This document shows positions 1 through 11,483 of a DNA stretch of 64,000 nt, piece by piece. Made by a program: the position numbers and the translations under genes. Source of the DNA: Rhina ancylostomus (taxonomy: Eukaryota). Location: contig JARFYF010000119.1 of assembly GCA_030265395.1 (NCBI GenBank), positions 18,749,811 through 18,813,810 of the forward strand, written 5' to 3'. Position 1 is the stretch's first letter. The number at the start of each line of letters is the position of its first letter. Below the pieces are notes generated by a model. The model searched no databases and was not told the origin of the DNA. It worked only from the letters and a program-made list of their open reading frames with translations.

Positions 1-325
1 TATCTCCATCTGCCTTTTTTGTTCTTTTCTTATATTTCTACCTTTCCCCCTACCAACCTGTCTCAACACTCCTGTATCCCCTTCCTCCTCTGGCTCCATC
101 TGCTCATCATTCTTCTCCCCTTACCCTAGTTCCCCTCGTCTGGTTCTGGCCTCTTTCTCACCCCTCCCTCTCACTTCCATTTACTGGCTATCTTCCCTCT
201 ACACTCTGAATTTTGACCCAAAATGTCAACCATTCCTTTGCCTCCACAGATGCTTCTTGACCTGGTGAATTCATCCAGTAGTTTAACTTTTGCTCCAGAT
301 TCCACATCTGCAGTTTCTTGTATCT
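1..325 (+). mobile_element. Penelope-derived 3' segment: pyrimidine tract, decayed hammerhead and tail
   Basis: Same layout and tail (gatgct..tgacctg.tga.tt..tccag...tgctccagattcca.catctgcagt) as 37900-38250 and 54995-55225. Confidence 0.65.
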
Positions 326-1721
326 CTATTTTATACAAGTTCATCACAAATTACTTGCCCTTATATTTGTCATGATTTATAAAGCTATTCATTCTCAATG
401 TTATTTTAAACATTTTGTCAACCTGCTTTCAAAAACAACTGTGCACATATAACCTAATTTTTCTCTATTCTTGTATTCATTTTACAATTATGCCCTCCAC
501 TTTTCATTGCCTCTTCTCATTCTTAATATTTATTTTTTTAGTATAAATATTAGAAAATACAGTTCCTTGCTCCCCCTTGATTACCTGGAATTAGAAGATG
601 GTATCTTACGTCAGGATCCGAAGATTTTGCCTGGAAAATGGGATGGTGCTATTAGGCAGAAAAGCAATGCAAGAATTTCCTTGGATTTTAATAATGATCT
701 TTATGGAACAACAGTGGTACTAAATTGGAGGAATCATAGGTGCATCTGAAATGGAAACAGGAGTTGGCTTTATAGTCCTTTCAGCCTGCCCTACTTTTCA
801 GTGATATCATAGTTGATCTTCAATTTCAATTCACTTTCCTATCTGATCTCTATATTCCTTGATTTCATTTGACAAAATAAGTTATTGTGATTAATTGTGG
901 TTATTAAAGCATCTGTTTAGCTGAGTTAAAGATAGATTTAGAACTGATGTCAGGAAGTTCCTTAAATGAAAATATATTAATGCATGTGCAATTTTTCCTT
1001 CAGCAAGGAATATGCTGTCTTCTTTCTGTCTGTTTCCCTGTACTTATGCCATGATTCTCTTAGATGGCAGAATGATGTGGTGTACCTGTTTCTCAAATGA
1101 TGTAACGGTTTCACACACATTTGGTTTGCATCAAGGGCTTAGTAACTCTACATGTGAATAGTTAGTGTGCTGCTTTGTAAATCAACCTCTACCTCTCTTG
1201 GACATATAAATGGTGTGAATCAATGAATTCTGAAGACCTTACAATGTGGAATGGATACATGGGAAGCAACAACCCTGGATTAATTGAAGAAAATGCTAGA
1301 TAATTTGATGGAATAATGAAATAAGATGAACTGATAGGCTTCTTCATTTATATTTGCCTCAGGAAATTAATATTACACTCCTCACTGTGGTGCCTGACTT
1401 GCTGAGTGTTACTGGCATTTTTAGTTTTTATTTTTAATTTCCAGCAAAGCAGTTTTGTTTTATTTTCAAGGATATGCCATTTGAGTTCTTTGCTTTTTAT
1501 TTAAGACTGTGACAAAGGAACATGATGAAAGTAAGGCTGTGGATATGCTGTGAATATACTTGTTTTCCAAGAAGACGTGATATAGTTATGCAATGCCTGG
1601 CACTAGAAAACAAAAGTAGGAAAGTGTGGGAGTATTTTATATCAGCTACATGAATAGAGGTTGCACCAACATTCAGGTGATAGTAGTTATTACTTTGGAA
1701 GATTGTTTCTAGTAGGTTCTT

Positions 1722-2125
1722 AGAGAAACATAGAAAAACCTACAGCACAATTCAGGCCCTTCAGCCCACAAAGCTATGCCGAACCTGTCCCTACCCTAGT
1801 NNNNNNNNNNNNNNNNNNNNNNNNNNNNNNNNNNNNNNNNNNNNNNNNNNNNNNNNNNNNNNNNNNNNNNNNNNNNNNNNNNNNNNNNNNNNNNNNNNNN
1901 TTTGACACCGAGTACAGGAAACCACACTCCTACTACTTCCTTTCCTCAAGTCACCCACCTTTCCTCGCTCCTTTACACCTAAGCCCGTTGAGCCAAAGCT
2001 CAACCACTCTGGTCCCTCTCTCCACTGCCTGCTCCGACGCCCGCTGGATATGGCGGTTTGTTTTTTTAACTGCCCACATGTTACCTGCTAGTGTCACGCG
2101 CCTGTGCAGTCCTGCCCCCACTATT
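1722..2125 (-). mobile_element. CR1 LINE with 3' tail and 5' UTR/ORF1 start on either side of a 100-N gap
   Basis: 3' tail (catagaaaaacctacagcac...aggcccttcagccc) at 1722-1800; CpG-containing 5' end at 1901-2125 reading VVSCTRCQ (CxxC start of ORF1). Confidence 0.7.
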
Positions 2126-2574
2126 CCCAATGAGAATTTGTTTTAAAAAATCTCAAAAAAACTTATTTAAAAAAAACTTATTTGTTCCAAAGTCCCAATG
2201 CCTGCTGAAAGGAAACCAACGAAACCTTATGTGGGACTATTTTTATTTTTTTCTTTATGTCATATATGATCTGAAGCTTTGGGTCATAATTACATTGGCT
2301 AAGCTTGCTGACAATGCAAACTTGGTGAAGATAAAGAATTTAAAGGTAGAAGATGGTAGGTAGTAATTTAAATATTACTGGAAATTGAGAAAACATATTG
2401 CGGTAGATAACCACAGTGGAGAAAATGGCAAATATTATATAGGGGCTAGAAATCCAGAAAGCAGTTATTCACTCAGAAATAATGCACCTAAAAATTAAAT
2501 TAAAAAAGAACTTGCATTTCTGTGGCAGTTTTTACATCCTTAAGACGATTCAAAGTCCGTCTTCCATTCCTCCA

Positions 2575-2770
2575 AATCTACCTTGTTGCAGCCCTTGCAC
2601 TTTATTTGTTTACCTCCATGCACTTTCTCTGTAGCTGTACACTTTATTGTGCATTCTGTTTTCTTTCTCTTACCTCAGTGCATTTATGTATGGCATGATC
2701 TGCCTGGATGGCACACAAATAACATTTTTCACTGTATTTCGGAACATAATAATAAACCAATACCAATACA
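2575..2770 (+). mobile_element. L2-type LINE 3' end
   Basis: tgcactttctctgta.ctgta...tttttcactgta..tcgg..cat...aataaaccaat; related copies at 9770-9941 (+), 32089-32190 (-), 60372-60490 (-). Confidence 0.6.
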
Positions 2771-2795
2771 TTTGGCAACATGCTTGATGCTTACA

Positions 2796-2967
2796 AATTT
2801 GAAAACACAAAATGCTGGAAATACTCAGCAAGTCAAACTGCATCTGTGGGAAGAGAAACAGAACTAACATTTTAGGTCAAAGTCCCCTTGGCAGAAGGTT
2901 TTGTGTATTTCCAGCATTTTCTGTTCTTATTTCAAATTTCCAGCATCTGCAGTTTTGTTGATTTTCA
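2796..2967. mobile_element. Penelope-derived insert made of two inverted tail segments, with 13-bp TSD
   Basis: cttgatgcttaca at 2783-2795 and 2968-2980; internal inverted repeat aaaatgctggaaatac / gtatttccagcatttt. Confidence 0.75.
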
Positions 2968-3132
2968 CTTGATGCTTACACTTGTTATACTGCCATGAGA
3001 TGGCACTGGATGGTGCTACATTATCTTACATTTTTCATGACATTGAAAAGCCAAAGGCTGCAGATGCTGGAAATTTGATATAAAGAGAGAAAATACTAGA
3101 GGTACTCAGCAGGTCGGGCAGCATCTGGAAAG

Positions 3133-3176
3133 AAAGAATTGACATTTCAAGGCTATGGCCTTTCATCAGATTCTTC
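3133..3176 (-). ncRNA. Minimal type I hammerhead ribozyme motif at the head of a Penelope-derived short element (about 3050-3172)
   Basis: Minus strand reads GAAGAAU CUGAUGA AAGGC-CAUA-GCCUU GAAA U GUC AAUUCUUU: intact core, 5-bp stem II, GUC cleavage triplet. Confidence 0.7.
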
Positions 3177-4749
3177 ATGTTATATGTTGAAGAGTATTCT
3201 AATTTATATATTCAGTGCAATGTTCAATACACACACTTATTGTTTCAATACATCCAAAAAAATGCACACCTATTAGCATCCATGCAATTTAAACTGCTTA
3301 ACTTTAGTTTAAATTAATGCAAACAATTTTCCCAGGTCTGGTCATTGCTGATTTTAGCTATAGCATGGTTGAGCTGTGGAATTCTTGTTCTACAGCAGCG
3401 GGTGCTGTTCATCCCTTGCTGGGTCAACCTCAATTTCACTGTCCTCGTGCTCTTCCACAGTCTTCCTTAGATGACATTTCCTGTGGTAGGAACATCTTCG
3501 CCCCATGGGATCTAGATCATGACAAATTCCAGTAACTGTAGTTTACTGCCACCTTTTCTGTTTAATGGTTGAATCCCTAACATATCAATTGGTTTAAGGT
3601 GTTTAGCTGACCTATCGTAGAAGAACATTGCTTTTCCTTTTCTCTCTCCCATCTGTGGATTCTATTTGGACTTTTAGGTTTCATTAGCCTTGTTCAATTA
3701 CAGTTCATCAGACTCTTGACTGGCCTAGAAGTGAACCCTGAGATTAGCAATGTTCTATGTGCCAAAAGACTGAAATATGCACTTGTGCATTCTTCTTCTA
3801 TCTTGCACTGCAGAAATTCAGGTGCTTTAACAGCATTCTCCATTTTTAATTGTCTGGTGAACAGTGTGGTGACACAATTGGATAAGTGGATTTCTACTTA
3901 CCTTCAAACTTTGTAAACTTGACTGCCGAAAATTGTGTGCCTTGTCTGAGCCACTGCATTGGGTAAACTGAGCCTTCAGCTTGTGAATGATAGCTAAAGA
4001 TGTGATTATATTGTGGTAGCCAGGGAGTATAGCATAGCCAGTTGTCCAAGTTTGTTTTGCCTTTCTTGTGAGTAGGATTTGCTATTCTGACTTGCCAGTT
4101 TGATGACAACATTGCTTTGTACAAGTCCCTGCTTCTATCAGGAACCTCACTATTAAGGATCAGGTTGGCCTGGGAATGCATATTGATAAGAGGATCTGCA
4201 AGTACTTACTTTAGAAGTTTTGATGCATTAATTGTAAATCAGTTGAGCAAAAAATGGTAGCTTGCTATTGTCCGCAAATTTTGGTGCAATAGTTGTAAAA
4301 GCTAACTTCAGTGGACGCTGTGAGAGTTATGTTGATGGAGGGGGAAGCAGAGACAGTTTCAGGATAATGACTTTCATGAGAACTGATCTCTTTTGAGGAG
4401 AGTTCTTAGGTTCTTGACTAAGCTTGGGTTGCTGGGACTAGAGGTGGGGTGTTTGGCAATTAAGGAGTGGCCCTAAAGAACTCAAGTTATTGGTAGGTGG
4501 CTTCACTCTTGGAGAGAGTGAGCAGCCTGTAGCTGAGTAGAGTTGCCTAGAGTGGGGCTGTGTGGCAGGCTGGGGGCTGTTGGAGGAAAGAATGGGGAAT
4601 CGAGGGGGAAAGGAAGGGGGCTGAAAGGAAAGGAAGTATGAAATTGGAGAGGGGGAGAGATGTGTGGGGAGAGTGGAGATTGTGGGGACCGAGGAACCCA
4701 GGAAAATGAGGCAGTTAGAGGTAAGGATTTTTATCAGTGGGAGAGTCAC

Positions 4750-5045
4750 GAACAGGGGGACATTGTTACAAAATAAGGGGCTTGTCGTTTAAAATGAGTG
4801 CAGAAAAATTTCTTCTCTCAAAGGGTAGTGAATTTCTGGAATATCCCTGCCTCAGAGGGTGGTGAAGGCTAAATCATTTGATATATTTAAGGTGGAGATG
4901 GATAAATATTTAAAAGATTGAAGAATTGAGGGTGATGAGCACAGTAAAGGAGTTGACGGCAGCATCGATCAGCCACGATCATATTGAATGGTGGGGAAGG
5001 CTTGAGGGGCATGGTGGCCTACTCCTATTTCCTTATGTTCTTGTG
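4750..5045 (+). mobile_element. CR1 LINE 3' fragment
   Basis: ORF2 C-terminal FFSQRVVNFWN-type sequence and CR1 3' UTR (cagccacgatcatattgaatgg...ggcctactcct). Confidence 0.8.
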
Positions 5046-5454
5046 TGGGAACAGAGGGAGTCTGAGGTTAGACTTGGAAGGAAGTCATTTTGGGCAAGAT
5101 TCTGCGTATCATCAGAATGTGTACTTCATATGAGTGCCCACGTAAATGTGTGTGCTAAGTCTATACAGTGAAATCTGATGTCCTGGCACCTGTTGACATA
5201 ATCTGCTCAAACTGCTTCCTGATAACATGTTGTATTACACTGTCACCATTAGCTAGTTCATACTTATAATTAAGTACCTCTTGTTACAATCTTTGGGTCT
5301 TGACAAATCACGTTTTAAGATACTTTTGAGCTGCTTGCAAGCCTAAAATGTTGTTATCGTCCATATTGGCAACATACTATGCCCTCTGTTTGATGGTTAC
5401 AATTGTTGCATTACCNNNNNNNNNNNNNNNNNNNNNNNNNNNNNNNNNNNNCTG

Positions 5455-6260
5455 CTACTTCTACAATATACTTTTGAAGTGCTATACTAAAAAAAACATT
5501 GCAACCAATTTACCCACATTATAATTTCACAACACAATGGTGGTTATATGTAGATTTATTGATGTTAGTTGAGAGATAAATTGGCCAGAACTCCCTGCTC
5601 TTTGAAGTAGCATTAACTTTCATTGAGGCACAAATAGAGCCTTAGTTTAATGCCTTTTCAAAACAGTGCTGCATTCAACAACGCACAACTTCCACTAAGT
5701 GTCAGCATAAATTTTATGCTTAGTTCTCTGAAATGATACTTAAACCCCATAATCTTCCAATTGGAGATTAAATTTCTGCCATTTAGCAATCTTGACTGNN
5801 NNNNNNNNCTGAGAGCCTTGAAATAATATATGCTGTTCTAATCCTTGTGTTTGTAGCAATTAAAGGGAAAGGAAAGAAATGATTTGCATTTACATAGCTT
5901 CTTTCCTATCCTTTCCTGGATGTTTAATAGTCATTGATTTACTTTTGAAGTATAGTTACTACAATAATGCAGAAAATTTACTGGGCAATTTTCCACAGTA
6001 AACTCCAAGAGAGAGTCAAGTGATAATGACTAAAGTAATTAAGTAGTAATGCATGAGGTACAAAGAATGAGTAAGATGTTGGGCTAATTCCACTGCTCTC
6101 CTTAAATGAACCCATGAGATCTTATATATCCAGCTGAGGGGGCAAATAAGGTTTTGGTTGAACATCTATTCTTCATTAATCCACCATTGCCTCAAAATTA
6201 GCCTATATTTTTATAGTGGACCTTGAACTTGCTTCTTCCTCACATTAGCCATAGTCAATA
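5455..6260 (-). mobile_element. Two old Deu-domain SINE relics (SacSINE1/AmnSINE-like)
   Basis: cttttgaagt.tag..act...gcaatttt.cacag.aaactcc...ggccagaactccctgctct motifs; related relic at 44760-45350. Confidence 0.55.
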
Positions 6261-6640
6261 TTGTATAAAGGTTTTCCAGAAAATTTGAGAGGGTGGAAAA
6301 CTGGATTGAAGATCAAATAATATATCATGCTTGTTCCTACAGAAAAGCTGAGAGTTCAGATTGTTTTTTTTTGAGACTCCTGGATGAGGTATCGTTGATG
6401 TTATTTCACCTTGTCCAGAGTGATACTCCAGAGGACACCACCTATCCTTGAAGTGCTTAAATTCAAACTAATCATATTAAAAATACTGCATTGTGGGACA
6501 TATATCTATATTATAGGCTTGCTTAGGAGACGGTGAATGTTTTATCACTGAAATTTCCCACTTTAAGCATATTGTGGGAAGAGAAAGGATATTGGGAAGA
6601 TNNNNNTAGTCTACCAAGAAATTAGTTTGACAGCAAAATA

Positions 6641-6770
6641 TAGTTGTCCTGATGCAGGGTCTTGACCTGAAATGTTGACAGTTCCTTCACCCTCACACAG
6701 ATGGTGCTCAGCCTGCTGAGTTATCCCAGCAGATTGTTGCTCCAGATTCCACATCTGCAGTGTCTCATGT
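6641..6770 (+). mobile_element. 130-bp hammerhead-headed Penelope-derived element with 10-bp TSD
   Basis: cagcaaaata at 6631-6640 and 6771-6780; head tgtc-ctgatgc-agggtcttgacct-gaaa-tgtt-gaca. Confidence 0.8.
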
Positions 6771-7750
6771 CAGCAAAATAGGATTACTTGGCATCCTATA
6801 ATATAAATTTGGTTATTTTTGTGTTTAGAAATGTGCAGTTTAAACATGTTAATGTACAACAGCTGTTATTAAACATTTTATGAACCTTTGAATCCTTTTG
6901 TCAAATAGTTCTTTATAATTTGATATAGTGATGTGCTTCACAGTGTTTCCATCATATATTCAGGAGTGTAATGCTTTTGGCAACGTGCAATTTATTTGTA
7001 TTTAAAAGTTTTTGTCTTTGTTCCCTTTAGTGAGATTTTCTAGTGAGACATTATTAGTCTGAATTTTTTAGAAAATGTGTCAAACCAGCTGGGGTACTGA
7101 ATTCCTTTAATCTTCCTTCTCTGTGAGAAGGCAAAATGAATGGGTGAGATAATCATAAATACTAGAACTCTCATATTTTTGTGCTTACTCCTTTGCATTA
7201 ATGATAATCTAAGAGGTGCATTCTATCAGGGAAGATGCACAAAAAATATTAAAAGGGAACACTAGTCTCCAAACCATTTTTACAGTCTAGAATCCAACCC
7301 TGAAGGTTGTACTTTGAAGTGTTTTCTTTTAAAAATAAAAAAAATCAGAATTTACATTTAAGAGTGTTTAAAGGCAGTGACCAATAAAACATTGATTTAT
7401 TATGTCAGTAAAACTTTTATAATCTTGCATAAAGAAAACTATGTTCAATATTCCAAAAATTAAAATATTACTGACAATATGACCCATTTCTCATCAAGAA
7501 TTTAAGCCATGTTTCTGGTATGTTAATAAGAGGAATGTGTATTCATATTCACACACATCTTTGCAATGTCCCAAAGCACTTTAGTGCTAGAAATTATAGT
7601 TATAGAGATGATGCATGTGGTTTAATGTAATTTATAGAATTTTTGTATTATCTATTGTGTTATTGAAAGTTATTCAAATGACATGGTTGAAATTTTGCTT
7701 TCATTAGATTGTTTTATTGCGTAGTTTAAAAACTGCAAGTTTTATAACAG

Positions 7751-7766
7751 GATATCTCCAATAATC
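7751..7766 (+). other. C8orf88: 5' UTR part of the first coding exon of C8orf88 (upstream non-coding exon and promoter not located)
   Basis: Acceptor ttttataacag ends at 7750; ATG at 7767 in strong Kozak context (A at -3, G at +4). Confidence 0.7.
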
Positions 7767-7848
7767 ATGGAAACCACCAGGAAGGTACCAGTAATCCGCA
7801 AATCCCTCAAACCAGCAAGACCATTGCATCGTTTATCTGCTGAGACAG
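7767..7848 (+). CDS. C8orf88: C8orf88 orthologue, first coding exon (METTRKVPVIRKSLKPARPLHRLSAET, ends phase 1)
   Basis: Hand translation resembles the human C8orf88 N-terminus as recalled ([20 protein letters not shown]); consensus donor CAG|gtaagt. Confidence 0.9.
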
Positions 7849-8054
7849 GTAAGTGGCACTGTTTATAGCTTTGGTAGAACATGCTAAGTGCTCCATTTAT
7901 TTTTACTACCATTCTGCCAAGGTTTTATTTAAATAAACTTGCAGAAACAATTTAATATATATGCAACATCAAAAGAATGTAGGGCATCGACCACATGTAT
8001 TCATTATGTAATTTGTTGTTGGACAGTATGACCATAACAATAAGATGAGTTAAA

Positions 8055-8380
8055 GTCATAAAGCTGTACAGCATAGAAACAGGCCCTTTGGCCCAACTGG
8101 ACCATGCTGATCAAGATGCCCATCCAAGCTGTCCCATTTCTATGTTTGGCCCATATCCTTTTGAACCTTTCCTATCCATGTACCCATCCAAATGTCTTTT
8201 AAAAGTAGTTATTGTACCTGCTTCAACCATTTCCTCTGGTAGCTCATTCCATCTACGTGCCACCCCTGTGTGTAAAAAAAGAAAAAGATGCCCTTCAAGT
8301 TCCTATTAAATCTTTCTCCTTACCTTAAGCCTATGGCCTCTAGTTCTTGATTTTCCCAATCCTGGGAAAAAAGATTGAGT
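8055..8380 (-). mobile_element. CR1 LINE 3' fragment
   Basis: Tail cagcatagaaacaggccctttggccc followed by reverse-complement ORF2 C-terminus. Confidence 0.8.
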
Positions 8381-8988
8381 TAACTCCCCCTATGGATTGC
8401 CAAATTTTATAGATACACCATGAAAGTGTGCCTTTTGCGATTTTGAAAACTAATTGAAGGCTTTGTATTTGAATGACAAGTACAAAACACTAATTGTGGA
8501 GACTCTACCTGCAGTCTTAGTAATTTTTGGGGTAGGTCAGAGGACTTTAGATTTCAAAAGATGCCCTCCCACCTGTTGAAAAAGAAAGAAAAATATGTGG
8601 CCAGCATGGTAAGCATAATGTTGATAATAGAGAAACTTTTAAGAGCAATAATCAGTGATTAAAAATTAAAAAAATCAACTTGGGAAAAGTAATCATTAAT
8701 GAAGTCAACTTAATGTACCTTGCTGCCTACACTCAACACGAAGTTCACAGATGTTCTGTACTTAGCTGTAAGAAAGTAATTGTTGGACAAAAAATTCTGA
8801 GGCCTAGGTGGCAAGGTCCTACATTTAATTGGGTTACATGGCAGTTTTATGAGCAGAGCTTCCTGGTTCAGCAATGAAAACCATTGTCAGACAGTAAAGT
8901 CATAGCCCTAGCTTTCAGTTCGTGGTTTTAAAGTGCTTCCTTGATACTTAGGAGCATTCAGAAATTAAAATTGAAATGAACATTATTT

Positions 8989-9710
8989 AGAAACCATAGA
9001 ACAATACAGCACAATACAGGCCCTTTGGCCCGCCATGTTGTGCCGCCATCAAACCACATCTCACACCATCTAACCCTTTCCTCCCGCATACCCCTCTATC
9101 CCACATTCCTCCATGTGCCTATCCAACAATCTCTTGAACCTGTCTAATGTATCTGCCTCCACCACCCACTCAGGCAGTGCATTCCATGCACCAACCACTC
9201 TCTGGGTGAAAAACCTCCGACATCTCCCCTGAACTTCCCACCCATTACTTTAAATCCATGCCCTCTTGTCTTGAGCATTGGTGCCCTGGAAAAGAGGCGC
9301 TGGCTGTCTACTCTATCTATCCCTCTCAACATTTTATACACCTCTATCATGTCTCCCCTCATCCTCCNNNNNNNNNNNNNNNNNNNNNNNNNNNNNNNNN
9401 NNNNNNNNNNNNNNNNNNNNNNNNNNNNNNNNNNNNNNNNNNNNNNNNNNNNNNNNNNNNNNNNNNNTCATAAGACATGCTCTCCAATCCAGGCAGCATC
9501 CTGGTAAATCTCCTCTGCACCCTCCCTAAAGCTTCCACATCCTTTCTATAATGAGGTGACCAGAACTGAACACAATACTCCCAAGTGTGGTCTAACCAGA
9601 GTTCTACAGAGCTGCAACATCACCTCGCAGCTCTTGAACTCAATCCTCTGACTAATGAAGGTCAACACACCACATATCTTTTTAGCTACCCTATCAACTT
9701 ACACCTTTGA
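8989..9710 (-). mobile_element. Young CR1 LINE 3' portion (ORF2 C-terminus), with internal gap
   Basis: ORF 9144-9362 MRGDMIEVYKMLRGIDRVD...TRGHGFKV is the typical CR1 ORF2 end; tail agaaaccatagaacaatacagcac. Confidence 0.92.
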
Positions 9711-9769
9711 GGCATCTATATACCCAGTCCTATCAAATTGACTTAGCTTCTCAAATTTATATCCCATTG

Positions 9770-9941
9770 TGAGCACTGCACTTTCTCTGTAACTGTAACA
9801 CCACATTCTGCATTGTTATTGTTCTTTCCTTGTACTACCTCAGTGCACTGATGTGATGAAATGAGCTGTATGGGCGGCACGCAAAACAACGTTTTTCACT
9901 GTACCTCGGTACATGTGGGAATAATGAACCAATTTACCAAT
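9770..9941 (+). mobile_element. L2-type LINE 3' end
   Basis: Similar to 2575-2770, with CpGs retained. Confidence 0.6.
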
Positions 9942-10049
9942 TACACCTCTGGCCAGTGCACAGAACCACAGTCCAGCACCATTATCAGCAGCTTGGGACC
10001 CACTCTAGGTATTACAAGATAAGGCAGGACAGTGCAGGCAGGCCACCCA

Positions 10050-10620
10050 GCGACATTCATTGATAGAAATCTTAACGGGCTGAACGGCCCGAGCACTGAC
10101 GGACCGCAGGGGCGGAGCGCCGGGTCGGGTTTGATGGTGGAGCGACCACCGGCTCCGTGTGGTGTTATTTAAGTGGCCATTGCCCAGGGCAGCAGCTCTT
10201 GTCGGACGGACTCGTTCTGTCCACCCCCCCCCCCCCCAAGCACTGGATCCTTGGGCTCCGGTGCGACTGATTCGGGGGGTGGGGGCAGTCTCTGGGCCAC
10301 GGCTGCCGTGCTGAGTTTAGAAACGGACATACTGTTCCATGAAGCCCCGGGTTACGTAATGCGGAATGTGATGGTGCGGAGGACGGACGGACACGCGTCC
10401 TGTCCCGTTCTCTGTGCTCTGTTTACTCTGTATCTGCCGCCATCGATTGCTGGTGGACGTTCAAGTCACCGCGCTTACACAAACTCTGACCGGCAATGCC
10501 CACAACAGGACAATACCCAAACCGGCAGGGTTATCAGCCGTGGGTTCAGCGACCCGTGACCTTCGAAACCAATATTTCGTCACAGTTTGTTTGTCAGATT
10601 AAAATATGTTTGTGACCGGG
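10050..10620. other. CpG-rich, GC-rich island of unknown origin inside the first coding intron
   Basis: Dense CpG compared with the CpG-depleted window; GC box ggggcggag; gttacgtaat at 10351-10360. Confidence 0.75.
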
Positions 10621-10780
10621 CAGATCTCCCAGTTACTTCATCTGAACAACACGACAAAGCATGCAACAGGTTCCCCAGTACAGGGAACAAAAGACTTGCA
10701 TTTCTGTAACCCTTTGCACTTTTTGCACTAAAGTCTTGCTTTTGCACAGTTCTCACTCGATGGTACAGTTTATGTATATT

Positions 10781-11135
10781 TTCTTTCTTTTTCAATCTTT
10801 TTACTGAATTTCAAATTAATTTGAAATTAATATACACAACATTAGTGATTATACACATGGTGCGAAGATATCGGAATAACAGTTAATATGTACACTAACA
10901 GGGAGTAGAATAGATAATCTGGACCTCCCGCTCTCTTGTTAAGTGAATGTGATACAAAAAAAATTGAAAAGAAATTTAATTATATGAAAAGAGAAACCCC
11001 CAAATAAAAAAAATAAACAAAAGCAAACCAAAAACTTCAAAAACAAAACTGGACTGATATTTCTTCGGATAAAAAACACATTCTTATGTCGTTAGCTCCG
11101 CTCCTCTGTATTCAAAGGCTATTTAAAGGGATTCC
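10781..11135 (-). mobile_element. L1/Tx1-type LINE 3' UTR fragment
   Basis: Minus strand is T-rich and ends AGTAAAaagattgaaaaagaaagaaaa (poly(A)-signal variant plus A-rich tail). Confidence 0.55.
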
Positions 11136-11483
11136 ATAGGACCATAGAACAATACAGGCCCTTCAGCCCACCGTGTTGTGCCACCCATCTAACCACACCT
11201 CACACCATCTCACCCTGTCCTCCCGCATATCCCTCTATCCCACACTCCTCCATATGCCTATCCAACAACCTCTTGAACCTGTCCAACGTATCCGCCTCCA
11301 CCACCACCCCAGGCAGCGCATTCCATGCACCTACCACTCTCTGGGTGAAAACCTCCCTCTGACATTCCCCCTGAACTTCCCACCTATTACTTAAATCCAC
11401 ACCCTCTTGTCTTGAGCATTGGTGCCCTGGGAAAGAGGCGCTGGCCGTTTACTCTATCTATCCCTCTCAACATTTTATACACC
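11136..11483 (-). mobile_element. Young CR1 LINE 3' fragment
   Basis: FTQRVVGAWNALPGVVVEADTLDRFKRLLDRHM; very similar to 8989-9345 and 58638-58824. Confidence 0.92.

Noticed and set aside
1980-2125. CpG-containing stretch as the C8orf88 promoter
   Set aside because: Better explained as the 5' UTR of a minus-strand CR1.
10173-10559. 128-aa Pro/Gly-rich ORF
   Set aside because: GTG start, poly-Pro comes from a C homopolymer, no recognisable domain; long ORFs are expected in GC-rich DNA.
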